The notes beneath the pieces were generated by a model. The model saw nothing but the letters and a program-made list of their open reading frames with translations, was not told the origin of the DNA and did no database searches. A stretch of DNA of 60,740 nucleotides, filler included. It is 4 parts of 4 records of this genome, joined end to end, with 100 filler letters (N's around TTAATTAATTAA, not from the genome) between each part and the next. Parts side by side here need not be neighbours in the genome. Positions count along the whole stretch, not along the records: positions 51,880 to 60,740 come from SRR20825019_2825; 3 more parts are not named here. One strand, 5' to 3'. Of this stretch, positions 52,426 through 60,740 are shown one piece after another (position 1 is the first letter of the stretch; each line of letters starts with the position of its first letter). The position numbers and the translations under genes are program-made.

Positions 52426-52863
52426 TCAAACGCCTTCTGCAACCAATCTGGCCCGGATATCGGCAACTGCCTTTTCAGGATCAATGCCGCTTTCACGCAG
52501 ACTAACCGCGGCTTCGTTCTCGATTTTTCGAAGCTCCCCCAAAGTGGTCTGAACATCCTCAAGCTGCTGTTCAAGCTCTGCGATCCTGCGACGACCAACC
52601 ACCATCAAATGTGCCAATTGTTCGGTACGCGTACGGTCCGCATCGTAAAGGTCGATATATTCTTTTATGTCTTCGAGTGAAAAGCCAAGCCGCTTGCCGC
52701 GCAACACCAGCATCAGGCGCGCACGGTCACGATAGTTGTAAACGCGCGTTGCACCGGCACGCTGCGGGGCAAGAAGGTTTTTGGTCTCATAGAACCGGAT
52801 TGCACGCGGCGTGATATCGAATTCTTCGGCCAACTCGGTGATACTGTAAAGCTTGTCGTTCAT
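52426..52863 (-). CDS. MerR family regulator, LiuR-like
   Basis: YSITELAEEFDITPRAIRFYE...RARLMLVLRGKRLGFSL. Confidence 0.88.
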   Translation of the reverse strand: MNDKLYSITELAEEFDITPRAIRFYETKNLLAPQRAGATRVYNYRDRARLMLVLRGKRLGFSLEDIKEYIDLYDADRTRTEQLAHLMVVGRRRIAELEQQLEDVQTTLGELRKIENEAAVSLRESGIDPEKAVADIRARLVAEGV

Positions 52864-52928
52864 GGTTTTTCTTGTTTGATGACGATAATGGAACAACATC
52901 GCAACATTCGGACATTTCAGTCAACATA

Positions 52929-52943
52929 TTTACGCTTACGTCA
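52929..52943. promoter_or_regulatory. LiuR-like operator
   Basis: TTTACGCTTACGTCA resembles the TTTACGTwwACGTAAA palindrome and lies upstream of the MerR gene. Confidence 0.6.
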
Positions 52944-52983
52944 CCTTAAAACACCCAACTAGCAATATTACGATCACGTCGTT

Positions 52984-54483
52984 TCAATCCGTTGGCACGG
53001 GCAACGACCGGACATAATCAAGGTCAACGGGAACGTAATCCGGTCCGTCAATAACTCGCCCATTTGTAATCGCGCCGGGCCAATAACAAGCAGGACTTAC
53101 CCATACATTGCCATCGGGCATTGGTATGATGATATCATTTTCATAACCCACTTGATATTCCATCCGCAGATCAAAATTCCCGGCTAATCCATCAACGAAC
53201 ACTGGACCATGCGCCCGGCGTGGGTCGATTAAGACATCATCATATCGATCAAACACCGCAGGATATGTATCGTGATTGGCAAGATCACCGGTAAAATTCA
53301 TTGGCAATGGCGGTGTCGCAGATAGATCCAACCCGTTCTCGTCGCCAAAGAAAGTCTGGTCTAACGGCATTAAATCTTCTGGCAAGGTTTCTGGATTTGC
53401 GTGTTCAATAACATTGCGTGCATTGGTCAAGCCACGCGTTGTCCCCTTCTTTATGTATTTCTGACGCAAGAAAAAGCTATTGTGCATACAAACCGATATG
53501 TAATCGGGTTGTGCAACAACACCGCCCTTCCCCAATTTGAAAACGGCTCCGCCGTTATTTTCATCGCCTTCCGGTCCAGGTCGGCTATCAAACCAGCAAA
53601 TATTTGAAAAATAATACCAAAACCCACCGCGCACACCGTCCTGTGAAAACAGCTTGTGGCAATTATAGAACCGGTTCCGGCCAATCCACCAACCAACAGC
53701 CGTGGCTTCGGGCTCGACTGGATTGTCCCGGATATAGCTGAAATGATTGTCAAAAATTCTCACATCACGGTTATAGGTCCCGACCGGCGCATCAAGGTTA
53801 TCTGCTGAGACATCCATCCGCACCCCGTTATAGCAATCCCGGATCTCGTTCCGTGCTATTTCGACGTCACCGGCAATATCATCCGCGCCAAAGAATGCAC
53901 CATTAAGATAACGGTATTTGACCTTGATGACGTTGCCATCATTGTCTTTTCCGTCATGGATTTCGTCCCACCGGATTGTGCGCCACATACTCTGATCCTG
54001 AACCCAGCGACATTCCACAATGGAAATCCGTTCACTTCGCAAACCGTTTGCGTAAAACGCATAAGTGCCGTCGGTAATGCCAAGTCCCTTGAAGGCTAAG
54101 CTGTGGCTGTTCGCGATATATATTGCACTTGGCCATGCGCGGGTGATGCTGAGCTGCTCTATCCGGACATGGGCGACATCAATCAATTGAAATACGGCAA
54201 AACTGTCGCGTCCCGGATTACTTGCAGACACAGTCGCGTCAGGTTGTTTTGCCGCATCAATCACGACCCCCGTTTCGCCACGAACAATAATCGGGTTCTC
54301 AAGAGTTCCGTCTCGGGGGAACCTCAAAGGATGCTCAAAGCTATATTCACCGGCGATCATGCGGATGATCTGCCCCGGTTGGCTTTGCGCAATTGCTTTA
54401 TCCAGCGTGGTTGTTGACCTTAGTCGAGCATCAATCCAGTGATCTGCTCCATCCTCCGAGACGTAAACAATGTCCATACCCAT
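52984..54483 (-). CDS. Right-handed parallel beta-helix (pectate-lyase-like) protein
   Basis: TLDKAI...PGQIIRMIAGEY...GTLENPIIVRGE; repeated I/V-x-x-N-x-F/I rungs; RBS AGGGAG. Confidence 0.75.
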   Translation of the reverse strand: MGMDIVYVSEDGADHWIDARLRSTTTLDKAIAQSQPGQIIRMIAGEYSFEHPLRFPRDGTLENPIIVRGETGVVIDAAKQPDATVSASNPGRDSFAVFQLIDVAHVRIEQLSITRAWPSAIYIANSHSLAFKGLGITDGTYAFYANGLRSERISIVECRWVQDQSMWRTIRWDEIHDGKDNDGNVIKVKYRYLNGAFFGADDIAGDVEIARNEIRDCYNGVRMDVSADNLDAPVGTYNRDVRIFDNHFSYIRDNPVEPEATAVGWWIGRNRFYNCHKLFSQDGVRGGFWYYFSNICWFDSRPGPEGDENNGGAVFKLGKGGVVAQPDYISVCMHNSFFLRQKYIKKGTTRGLTNARNVIEHANPETLPEDLMPLDQTFFGDENGLDLSATPPLPMNFTGDLANHDTYPAVFDRYDDVLIDPRRAHGPVFVDGLAGNFDLRMEYQVGYENDIIIPMPDGNVWVSPACYWPGAITNGRVIDGPDYVPVDLDYVRSLPVPTD

Positions 54484-54672
54484 ACACTCCCTATTTTTGT
54501 GCCTACTTCCCTGAACGATAACGCAAAACAATTTCATCCGTCATCAATTTGAGTAACGGATGAAATTATCAGTCATACTTTTTGATTTTTTGTATGAAAC
54601 CATTTAGATCATTAATGTGCTTTGGGCAAACCTCAGCTTCCATGCAGAAAAATCCAGAATAAAGGACCATCA

Positions 54673-55458
54673 ATGTCCCTCGTCACCGGACTAGTTTCAA
54701 AGGTAGCGTTGTCTCTTCTGATCGCCGCATCCTTCACGGCAACGGCACAGGCCCATTTTCAGAAATTGATCCCATCAACCAATGTGGTCGATCAGGACAC
54801 AGGGCGACAGATCACCTTTGATGTGACATTCACCCATCCAACGACCAATGGACCGGCGATGGACATGGCCGCGCCGCTTCAATTTGGCATGCAACATGAT
54901 GGTGTGAAGACTGATCTTTTGGGCGCGCTTACCCCAAAGACGGTTGATGATCATGCCGCCTTTGATGCCGAAGTCACCGTGAAGGCGCCGGGTGGTTATG
55001 CCTTTTATATCGAACCGGTTCCTTACTTCGAACCGGCTGAAGGCAAGTATATTATCCAGTACACCAAGACCATTATCGATGCCTATGACTCGGGTGAAGA
55101 CTGGGATCAGATGGTTGGTTTCCCAGTTGAAATTGAACCACTTACCCGTCCATACGGCATTTGGACCGGCAATGTGTTTTCGGGAATGGTGCGTCACAAC
55201 GGTACAGCTGTTCCGTTCGCCGAGATTGAAATTGAGTATGCCAATGACGGCAGCATCACCCTTCCCAATGCGACCTTTGCAACACAGGTCATTAAGGCCG
55301 ATGCCAATGGCATCTTCCACTATGCAATGCCCAAGGACGGCTGGTGGGTTTTTGCCGCCCTGATCGAAGACGGCACCATGGCTGCACCAAATACAGACAA
55401 ACAGGTTCCCGTCGAACGTGGCGGCGTTTTATGGGTGAAGACCGACCCGATGAATTGA
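54673..55458 (+). CDS. DUF4198 periplasmic Ni/Co-transport accessory protein
   Basis: Signal peptide ending AQA-HF; EIEPLTRPYG; VPFAEIEIEY; GWWVFAAL. Confidence 0.85.
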   Translation: MSLVTGLVSKVALSLLIAASFTATAQAHFQKLIPSTNVVDQDTGRQITFDVTFTHPTTNGPAMDMAAPLQFGMQHDGVKTDLLGALTPKTVDDHAAFDAEVTVKAPGGYAFYIEPVPYFEPAEGKYIIQYTKTIIDAYDSGEDWDQMVGFPVEIEPLTRPYGIWTGNVFSGMVRHNGTAVPFAEIEIEYANDGSITLPNATFATQVIKADANGIFHYAMPKDGWWVFAALIEDGTMAAPNTDKQVPVERGGVLWVKTDPMN

Positions 55459-55548
55459 TTTCAACGGACGGGTGCGAACGCCACCTGCCCGTCCTTATCC
55501 GTCCCAAAGATCCCGTCACTTTGCTGTCAACCAAACTGGCTTAAAACC

Positions 55549-56202
55549 ATGGCTGTGCTTCCCCACAGAATTCTGATGTTTCTGATCCTGTTATGTGCCG
55601 CATCAATTGGCACTGCACAGGCGCACAACCTTAATGTCTTTGCGATGAGTGACGGCGACACCATTGAAGGCTATGCCTATTTCACTGGCGGCACCCGCGC
55701 ACAGAATGCCAATATCGAATTACGGGACAAAACGGGTCAAACGATTTTCGCGTCAACCGCAGATGAACAGGGAAGCTTTGCCCTGCGCGTTAGTCACCGA
55801 ACAGACTATGTTGTCTTTACCGACACCCACGATGGTCATGTCGCAAAATTCAAACTCTATGAGAACGAATTTTCTGAAAACCTGCCTCGCCCGGGGCCTA
55901 ATGATACGATTACGGTGAGCACACTTGAAACAACCCTTCCTGATCAGGGTTCAAAAAGTCCTGCTAACACCACCCCCAAACCACTCGTCAGCACTGAATT
56001 GGACCTGAATAGCCTTTCAAAAGACGAGCTGACAGGCTTGATCAACCGTGCGGTTGCAAGGCAGATCGGCCCATTGCGTCAGGAAGTAAATTCCTATCGA
56101 AATGATGTGCGAATGTCAGATGTTCTGGGCGGAATTGGCGTGATTATTGGTATTTTCGGCGTTTGCGCCTGGGTGGTTGCTCGGCGGCAAGCCGCCCGCT
56201 GA
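55549..56202 (+). CDS. CbiL/NikL-like accessory membrane protein
   Basis: AQA-HNLNVFA, DGHVA, C-terminal DVLGGIGVIIGIFG. Confidence 0.75.
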   Translation: MAVLPHRILMFLILLCAASIGTAQAHNLNVFAMSDGDTIEGYAYFTGGTRAQNANIELRDKTGQTIFASTADEQGSFALRVSHRTDYVVFTDTHDGHVAKFKLYENEFSENLPRPGPNDTITVSTLETTLPDQGSKSPANTTPKPLVSTELDLNSLSKDELTGLINRAVARQIGPLRQEVNSYRNDVRMSDVLGGIGVIIGIFGVCAWVVARRQAAR

Positions 56203-56241
56203 CAGCGCCCCATCCGTCAAGACGGACAGAATAGAAACAGC

Positions 56242-57705
56242 TCAGACCTTTTCACTGCCTTCTACCGGCCATCTTGTATGATGGCTATCAATCACAAACC
56301 GATGCTTATGTTCGACCGGCGGGTGATAGTGCTGATGGCGATGTTTGTGATCTCCGTGATCGTGGTTATGGTCTTTACCACTCTCTTGCGCAGGTTCCGT
56401 ACCAGCCTGTCCATCATGGACATGAACATGGTGCGGATCATCATGCCCATGGGGATGGTCATGCCAAATTCCCGGATGGCTATGACGAATTTCCAGCGGG
56501 TCTTGCCGCGGCCACATGAAATGGGCAGCAATCAAACCAACAAACGCCAACCCACCTGATGCCATAAATGCATAGGAAAGCCCGGCCAAACTTCCCAACC
56601 AACCTACAATGCCATAGGCAATCAACCACCCCGCATGCGAAAGCGCGAAGTTCGCCGCAAAGAACGCTGACCGATCTCCAGCCCCGGCAGATCTTTGAAC
56701 CAAACGACCACCAGGTGTTTGCGCAAATGTACTTCCGGCACCGGCAATCGCCCACAACACACCAAACGCAGCAACATGGTGCCATTCAGCACCCATTAGC
56801 ACCGCACCAAGCACCATTGCCATCGCCGCACTGACAATCCCCATCATCATCAGGTGCCGTTCCCCAATCCTGTCAATCACACGTGGGATCAGAAAAGCTG
56901 CCAACATCGACCCGCCACCAGCGCACGCCAAAAACGCCGTCGTCATAAGTGCACTGCCGCCCAGCACCCCACGAGTCAAAACCACTGTATTGACGATGAT
57001 CATCGCCCCGACACATGACACAGCAAAGTAGACCGCCAACAATCCGCGAAGCCGTGGTGTTTTCAGATACGCCACCACGCCAAATAACGTGTTGGCATAA
57101 ATCCCGCCATCCCTGTCGATCAGAGCTGCCTTGGGTAAAATGGCTGTCACAATCAAAATCGCGGACAGCACAAATGTCGCACTATTTGCCAAGAACAAAC
57201 TGTCAAATGACCAGACGAAAAGAAGTCCTGCCGCCAATGCCGGACTGACAAGGTTTTCCAGATCATAGGCCAACCGGGCATAAGAAAGCCCCTTGGTATA
57301 TGCCTTTTCGTCTTCGAGAATCTCGGGAATGATGGCCTGAAAGACCGGCGTGAAGGCCGCTGACGCAGCATTCACAACAAACACTAAAACAAAGATCTGC
57401 CATGTCTGGTCAACGAATGGCAGACACAGAACAATCACAGCCCGCAAGACATCAAGCCCAACCAACCATACCCGTCTTGGCAGCAAATGTGCCATCCCGC
57501 CCGCAACCGGTGCTATGACAAGATAGGCCACCATTTTTAGAACCAGCACAGAACCCAGAACCAGCCCCGCATCCTCGCCGGCAAGGTCATAGGCCAGCAG
57601 CGACAAGGCAACGGTCGTCAAACCAGTCCCGATCAGGGATGTGATCTGGGCGGCAAATAAATGGCGAAAGGCTGATATGGAAAACGGTGACATGTCTGAC
57701 GTCAT
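56242..57705 (-). CDS. MFS transporter with His-rich C-terminus (NreB-like Ni/Co efflux)
   Basis: FRHLFAAQITSLIGTGLTTVAL, FAANFALSHAGWL, tail HSH...HDHPHGHDDPHHVHVH...HHTRWP. Confidence 0.85.
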   Translation of the reverse strand: MTSDMSPFSISAFRHLFAAQITSLIGTGLTTVALSLLAYDLAGEDAGLVLGSVLVLKMVAYLVIAPVAGGMAHLLPRRVWLVGLDVLRAVIVLCLPFVDQTWQIFVLVFVVNAASAAFTPVFQAIIPEILEDEKAYTKGLSYARLAYDLENLVSPALAAGLLFVWSFDSLFLANSATFVLSAILIVTAILPKAALIDRDGGIYANTLFGVVAYLKTPRLRGLLAVYFAVSCVGAMIIVNTVVLTRGVLGGSALMTTAFLACAGGGSMLAAFLIPRVIDRIGERHLMMMGIVSAAMAMVLGAVLMGAEWHHVAAFGVLWAIAGAGSTFAQTPGGRLVQRSAGAGDRSAFFAANFALSHAGWLIAYGIVGWLGSLAGLSYAFMASGGLAFVGLIAAHFMWPRQDPLEIRHSHPGIWHDHPHGHDDPHHVHVHDGQAGTEPAQESGKDHNHDHGDHKHRHQHYHPPVEHKHRFVIDSHHTRWPVEGSEKV

Positions 57706-57745
57706 CCGGGCTGCGTTTCAGAGGTATGACTGAATGTACGAACGA

Positions 57746-58474
57746 TCAAAGTGAAGCAAGAGATTGCGCATGCTTTTCTGATCCGTGTTTGGAATTATCA
57801 GAGGCAGGAGATTTTTTCATCTCAACCTCATTAATCTTGCCGCCACGCAATTCAATTGTTCTGGTTGCCAGTTTACGCCGGAAATGTGGATCATGAGAAA
57901 TCAGGATCATGGCTTGCGGTAGTTCGAGCAAAATCTCTTCAAGCCGCTGCATGTTTTCTTCATCAAGTGCATTCGTCGGTTCATCAAGCAACAAAACATC
58001 CGGCTTCATCGCAAGAACGGCTGCTACTGATACTAACCGTTTTTCACCACCGGACAATTCGTGGGTGATGCGTTCGCGAAGGTGTTTTAGATGAAGTTGA
58101 TCAAGAACTTCATCGACAATCGCCAATGCTTCTTCACGGCTGGCCCCCAAGTTCAGCGGGCCAAATGCAATGTCTTCGACAACTGTCGGGCAGAAAAGCT
58201 GATCATCCGGGTCCTGAACAATAAACCCCACCCTACACCGCAAATCATGAAAATCTGCATCCGTGACGCAAGATTTTCCAAATGCCGTTATCTCGCCGCC
58301 ATGTGGCTTAATCAGACCAACAAGGATGCGCAGCAAAGTACTTTTACCTGCGCCATTCGGGCCGGTAACAAACAGGCGTTCTTGTTGATCAAGCGTCAAG
58401 CTGACACGATCAAGAACGCTTTGCCCTGCACGGTATCCATAGTAAATATCGTTTAATTCAATAAGCGAAGACAT
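57746..58474 (-). CDS. cbiO: ECF transporter ATPase
   Basis: GPNGAGKST, QDPDDQLF, LSGGEKR, LLLDEP. Confidence 0.9.
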   Translation of the reverse strand: MSSLIELNDIYYGYRAGQSVLDRVSLTLDQQERLFVTGPNGAGKSTLLRILVGLIKPHGGEITAFGKSCVTDADFHDLRCRVGFIVQDPDDQLFCPTVVEDIAFGPLNLGASREEALAIVDEVLDQLHLKHLRERITHELSGGEKRLVSVAAVLAMKPDVLLLDEPTNALDEENMQRLEEILLELPQAMILISHDPHFRRKLATRTIELRGGKINEVEMKKSPASDNSKHGSEKHAQSLASL

Positions 58475-59255
58475 AAGAACGATCCATCACGACAAGCATG
58501 GTTACCAGCAGGAAAAAGGCCACGGCAAGCACACCGTCGCGCGGGCGGAAAATCAAATGGTCAATCATCGGGAAATGGCCACTAAAGCCACGACATTTCA
58601 TCGCTTCAAGCACGCGTTCAGCACGTTCGAGTGACCGCACCAGCAACATTCCAAACAAATAACCGAACGAGCGATAGGTATGAATAGTATTGCGCGCCTT
58701 AAAGCCACGCAGCTTCATTGCCATACGCAAACGATGATATTCGTCATGCAGAACTGAAATATAGCGCACCGTAAACATCATCAAATGCACAAGAGCTGCC
58801 GGGCAACGCAGCCGATACAACGTATGGCCTAATGCCACAGGTGTCAGGCCCGAAAGCAGGCTTAGCATCATCAGCACAACAGCATTGGCCCGAATGCCGA
58901 TCAGAATGGCGTGATGAAGCCCCTCTTGGCTGGCATCCGCCCCGAAAATCGAAAACATCGGTGTTCCGGGCGTTGTAAAGGGCAACATCACCAGCATGAC
59001 AATGATAAAGCCATCCATCGCCGCCATGCGCTTTAACGTCAAACGCAGCGGAAGATCGGTCAAAAACACGGTCCCGATGGCCAGCACAAAAGCACCCAGC
59101 GCAAATTCAAGCTGATGAAGGCTTACCACCATGATGGCAAACAGGCCTGCTGCAACCACGCGCACACGCGGATCAAATGATCCGACAAAGGATGAAGCGT
59201 GATCGCCACCTCCCTGGACGCTTAATGGTTGGTCATGCCCGAATAGATGGCTCAT
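58458..59255 (-). CDS. cbiQ: ECF transporter T component
   Basis: DPRVR, RYISVL, AMKLRGF, AMKCRGF. Confidence 0.9.
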   Translation of the reverse strand: MSHLFGHDQPLSVQGGGDHASSFVGSFDPRVRVVAAGLFAIMVVSLHQLEFALGAFVLAIGTVFLTDLPLRLTLKRMAAMDGFIIVMLVMLPFTTPGTPMFSIFGADASQEGLHHAILIGIRANAVVLMMLSLLSGLTPVALGHTLYRLRCPAALVHLMMFTVRYISVLHDEYHRLRMAMKLRGFKARNTIHTYRSFGYLFGMLLVRSLERAERVLEAMKCRGFSGHFPMIDHLIFRPRDGVLAVAFFLLVTMLVVMDRSYVFAY

Positions 59256-59863
59256 GGCTTGGTTGCTTTGGCTCTCAAACGTCGTGCGGCAATGTAATAC
59301 GCTATCCCGAAGAACCCGAATATATAGCCAATACCCCCAAGAATCGATTGAAGATCGTTCTTTTCTTTATAGGCGGTGATTTCACGGCGAAGTGGCCGCA
59401 ATTCGTCCCGGACAATTGCAGCGATCAGTTCTTCCTGTTCTTGCGTAATCGCTTTGCTGCCACTGCTATTTCCATTGGTCGCCACAGCAGCCTGTGCACC
59501 ACTACTCGAAGGTTGCGATACACTTTCGTCAAGCGTGTCTAAGTTCGAAAGATCAGCAATGGCAAATGTCGTCTCGGCCACATGTCCCGCCCCAAGATCA
59601 GCACGAAATACCAAATCGATCTTCTGATTTGGCGTGTAAACGAAAAAGCCGTCTGCATCGGTTTTGACTTCATCGATTTTATTGCCCTGAGGATCAAAAA
59701 CCTCGACCAGCGTATCTGCGGCCATGTCGCCGTTGGAAAAGCCAACCTCACCTTCAACGCTTGAACCACTTGGAAAGACCGACGCAATGACCTTGTGGGC
59801 ATGCGCATGCCCTGCCCCAAGCACCAGCCCGGCCAGAAGGACACTTGCGAACAACCTAGCCAT
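59252..59863 (-). CDS. CbiL/NikL-like accessory membrane protein (paralog of 55549-56202)
   Basis: AHA-HKVIASVF, GAGHVA, LRPLRREI, ILGGIGYIFGFFG. Confidence 0.78.
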   Translation of the reverse strand: MARLFASVLLAGLVLGAGHAHAHKVIASVFPSGSSVEGEVGFSNGDMAADTLVEVFDPQGNKIDEVKTDADGFFVYTPNQKIDLVFRADLGAGHVAETTFAIADLSNLDTLDESVSQPSSSGAQAAVATNGNSSGSKAITQEQEELIAAIVRDELRPLRREITAYKEKNDLQSILGGIGYIFGFFGIAYYIAARRLRAKATKP

Positions 59864-60530
59864 TATTGACCTCGCTTGCCTGCTTTGCACCTGCAGTCGA
59901 GGTTGCCAATGTGAATTCCGACGTTTGATCAGCAGGCATCAGTAGTTCCGGTTTTACCTTGACGATCAAATAGACCGCAGCTGCCGAAATCAGGCCTTCG
60001 ACAATCATGACCGGGATATGGGCAAAGAATACAAGTTTGGCAGCAGGAATGAACGCATCACCGCTTAGCATCAGTGAAATCGCCACAAACAGCGTGGTTA
60101 ACGCGATCGAAGATGCACCGGCCAAACCACCCCAAATAGCAGCCGATGCCGGATTGCTGCGCGCCACCATCGAACGGAATACAAAACCGGCAATCACCGC
60201 CGGAAAGGCAATGTTGACCGTATTGACGCCAAGCACGGTAAGGCCACCAAACCCGAAGAATATTGCCTGCAACAGCAAGCCAACAAACAAGGCAGGAAAT
60301 GCAGTCCAGCCAAGAACAAGCCCGGCCAGACCGCTCATGATCAAATGCACACTCGATGGACCGACAGGCACATGAATAAGCGAAGCAACAAAGAACGTTG
60401 CCGACAAGACCCCGGTCGCCGGGATCTTGTCGATTGGCAGTTTTCGCAAGCCCAGCCCAAGCCCGGCAACTGCAAGAACACCACCACCAATTAAAACCTC
60501 AGGAGCCAGCGCCCCATCGACGATATGCAT
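59856..60530 (-). CDS. cbiM: Cobalt/nickel ECF substrate component
   Basis: N-terminus MHIVDGAL, SVHLI, FFGFGG, HIPVMIVEG. Confidence 0.92.
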   Translation of the reverse strand: MHIVDGALAPEVLIGGGVLAVAGLGLGLRKLPIDKIPATGVLSATFFVASLIHVPVGPSSVHLIMSGLAGLVLGWTAFPALFVGLLLQAIFFGFGGLTVLGVNTVNIAFPAVIAGFVFRSMVARSNPASAAIWGGLAGASSIALTTLFVAISLMLSGDAFIPAAKLVFFAHIPVMIVEGLISAAAVYLIVKVKPELLMPADQTSEFTLATSTAGAKQASEVNNG

Positions 60531-60548
60531 TTATCTTTGTCCCTAAGC

Positions 60549-60740
60549 CTATTTCACATCATAGGCGCGAACCCACAGGACAGCATCCTGTGAAAGCTCT
60601 TTTCCCTGAAATTCTTTATCAGGGCCACTGCCAAGTGCGGCAAATCCCCAAAATCCTGCTTTGGGAATTCCAAAAGTGAAATAACCGTTTTCATCGGAAA
60701 TTGCGACAATTGCACCACCAAGCATCGGAGATGCCGTCGG
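60549..60740 (-). CDS. C-terminal part of a second DUF4198 protein (truncated by window end)
   Basis: Manual translation ...AISDENGYFTFGIPKAGFWGFAAL...QDAVLWVRAYDVK* matches the end of 54673-55458; absent from the ORF track. Confidence 0.85.
   Translation of the reverse strand, partial: PTASPMLGGAIVAISDENGYFTFGIPKAGFWGFAALGSGPDKEFQGKELSQDAVLWVRAYDVK

Overview
This window is not one locus. It is four unrelated contigs joined by artificial 100-nt linkers (N44-TTAATTAATTAA-N44) at 15030-15129, 46619-46718 and 51780-51879. (1) 1-15029 and (3) 46719-51779 are GC-rich eukaryotic (protist-like) DNA, probably from one organism. Their genes are split by ~50-63 nt GT-AG introns: a two-domain membrane class III nucleotide cyclase, a large HEAT-repeat protein, NAC-alpha, a DNAJB12/14-like chaperone, and a 3'-5' exonuclease with a dsRBD-like tail. 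Very GC-rich, motif-dense spacers lie at their 5' ends. (2) 15130-46618 is a Bacteroidota contig (Flavobacteriales/Crocinitomicaceae-like; taxonomy inferred) carrying tRNA-Leu, tig, Fic, an ArsR-SRPBCC-DoxX-YdeI operon, sppA, an M14 peptidase, miaE, a PafA-type phosphatase, tilS, pabB and T9SS cargo. (4) 51880-60740 is an alphaproteobacterial contig (Thalassospira-like; inferred) with a LiuR-like MerR regulator, a beta-helix protein and a Cbi/Nik MQO metal-transport cluster with duplicated accessory genes. The best candidate for a little-described system is 22758-29801. It contains an exported, membrane-anchored TPR-CHAT (caspase-like) protease, an ECF sigma / TPR anti-sigma pair, an exported membrane-anchored protein, and two paralogous small proteins ending in bacteriocin-like hydrophobic GxxxG tails. 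A shared promoter motif, TGGTTAG-N17-(C/G)ACT, occurs upstream of the sigma gene, the exported protein and the paralog pair.
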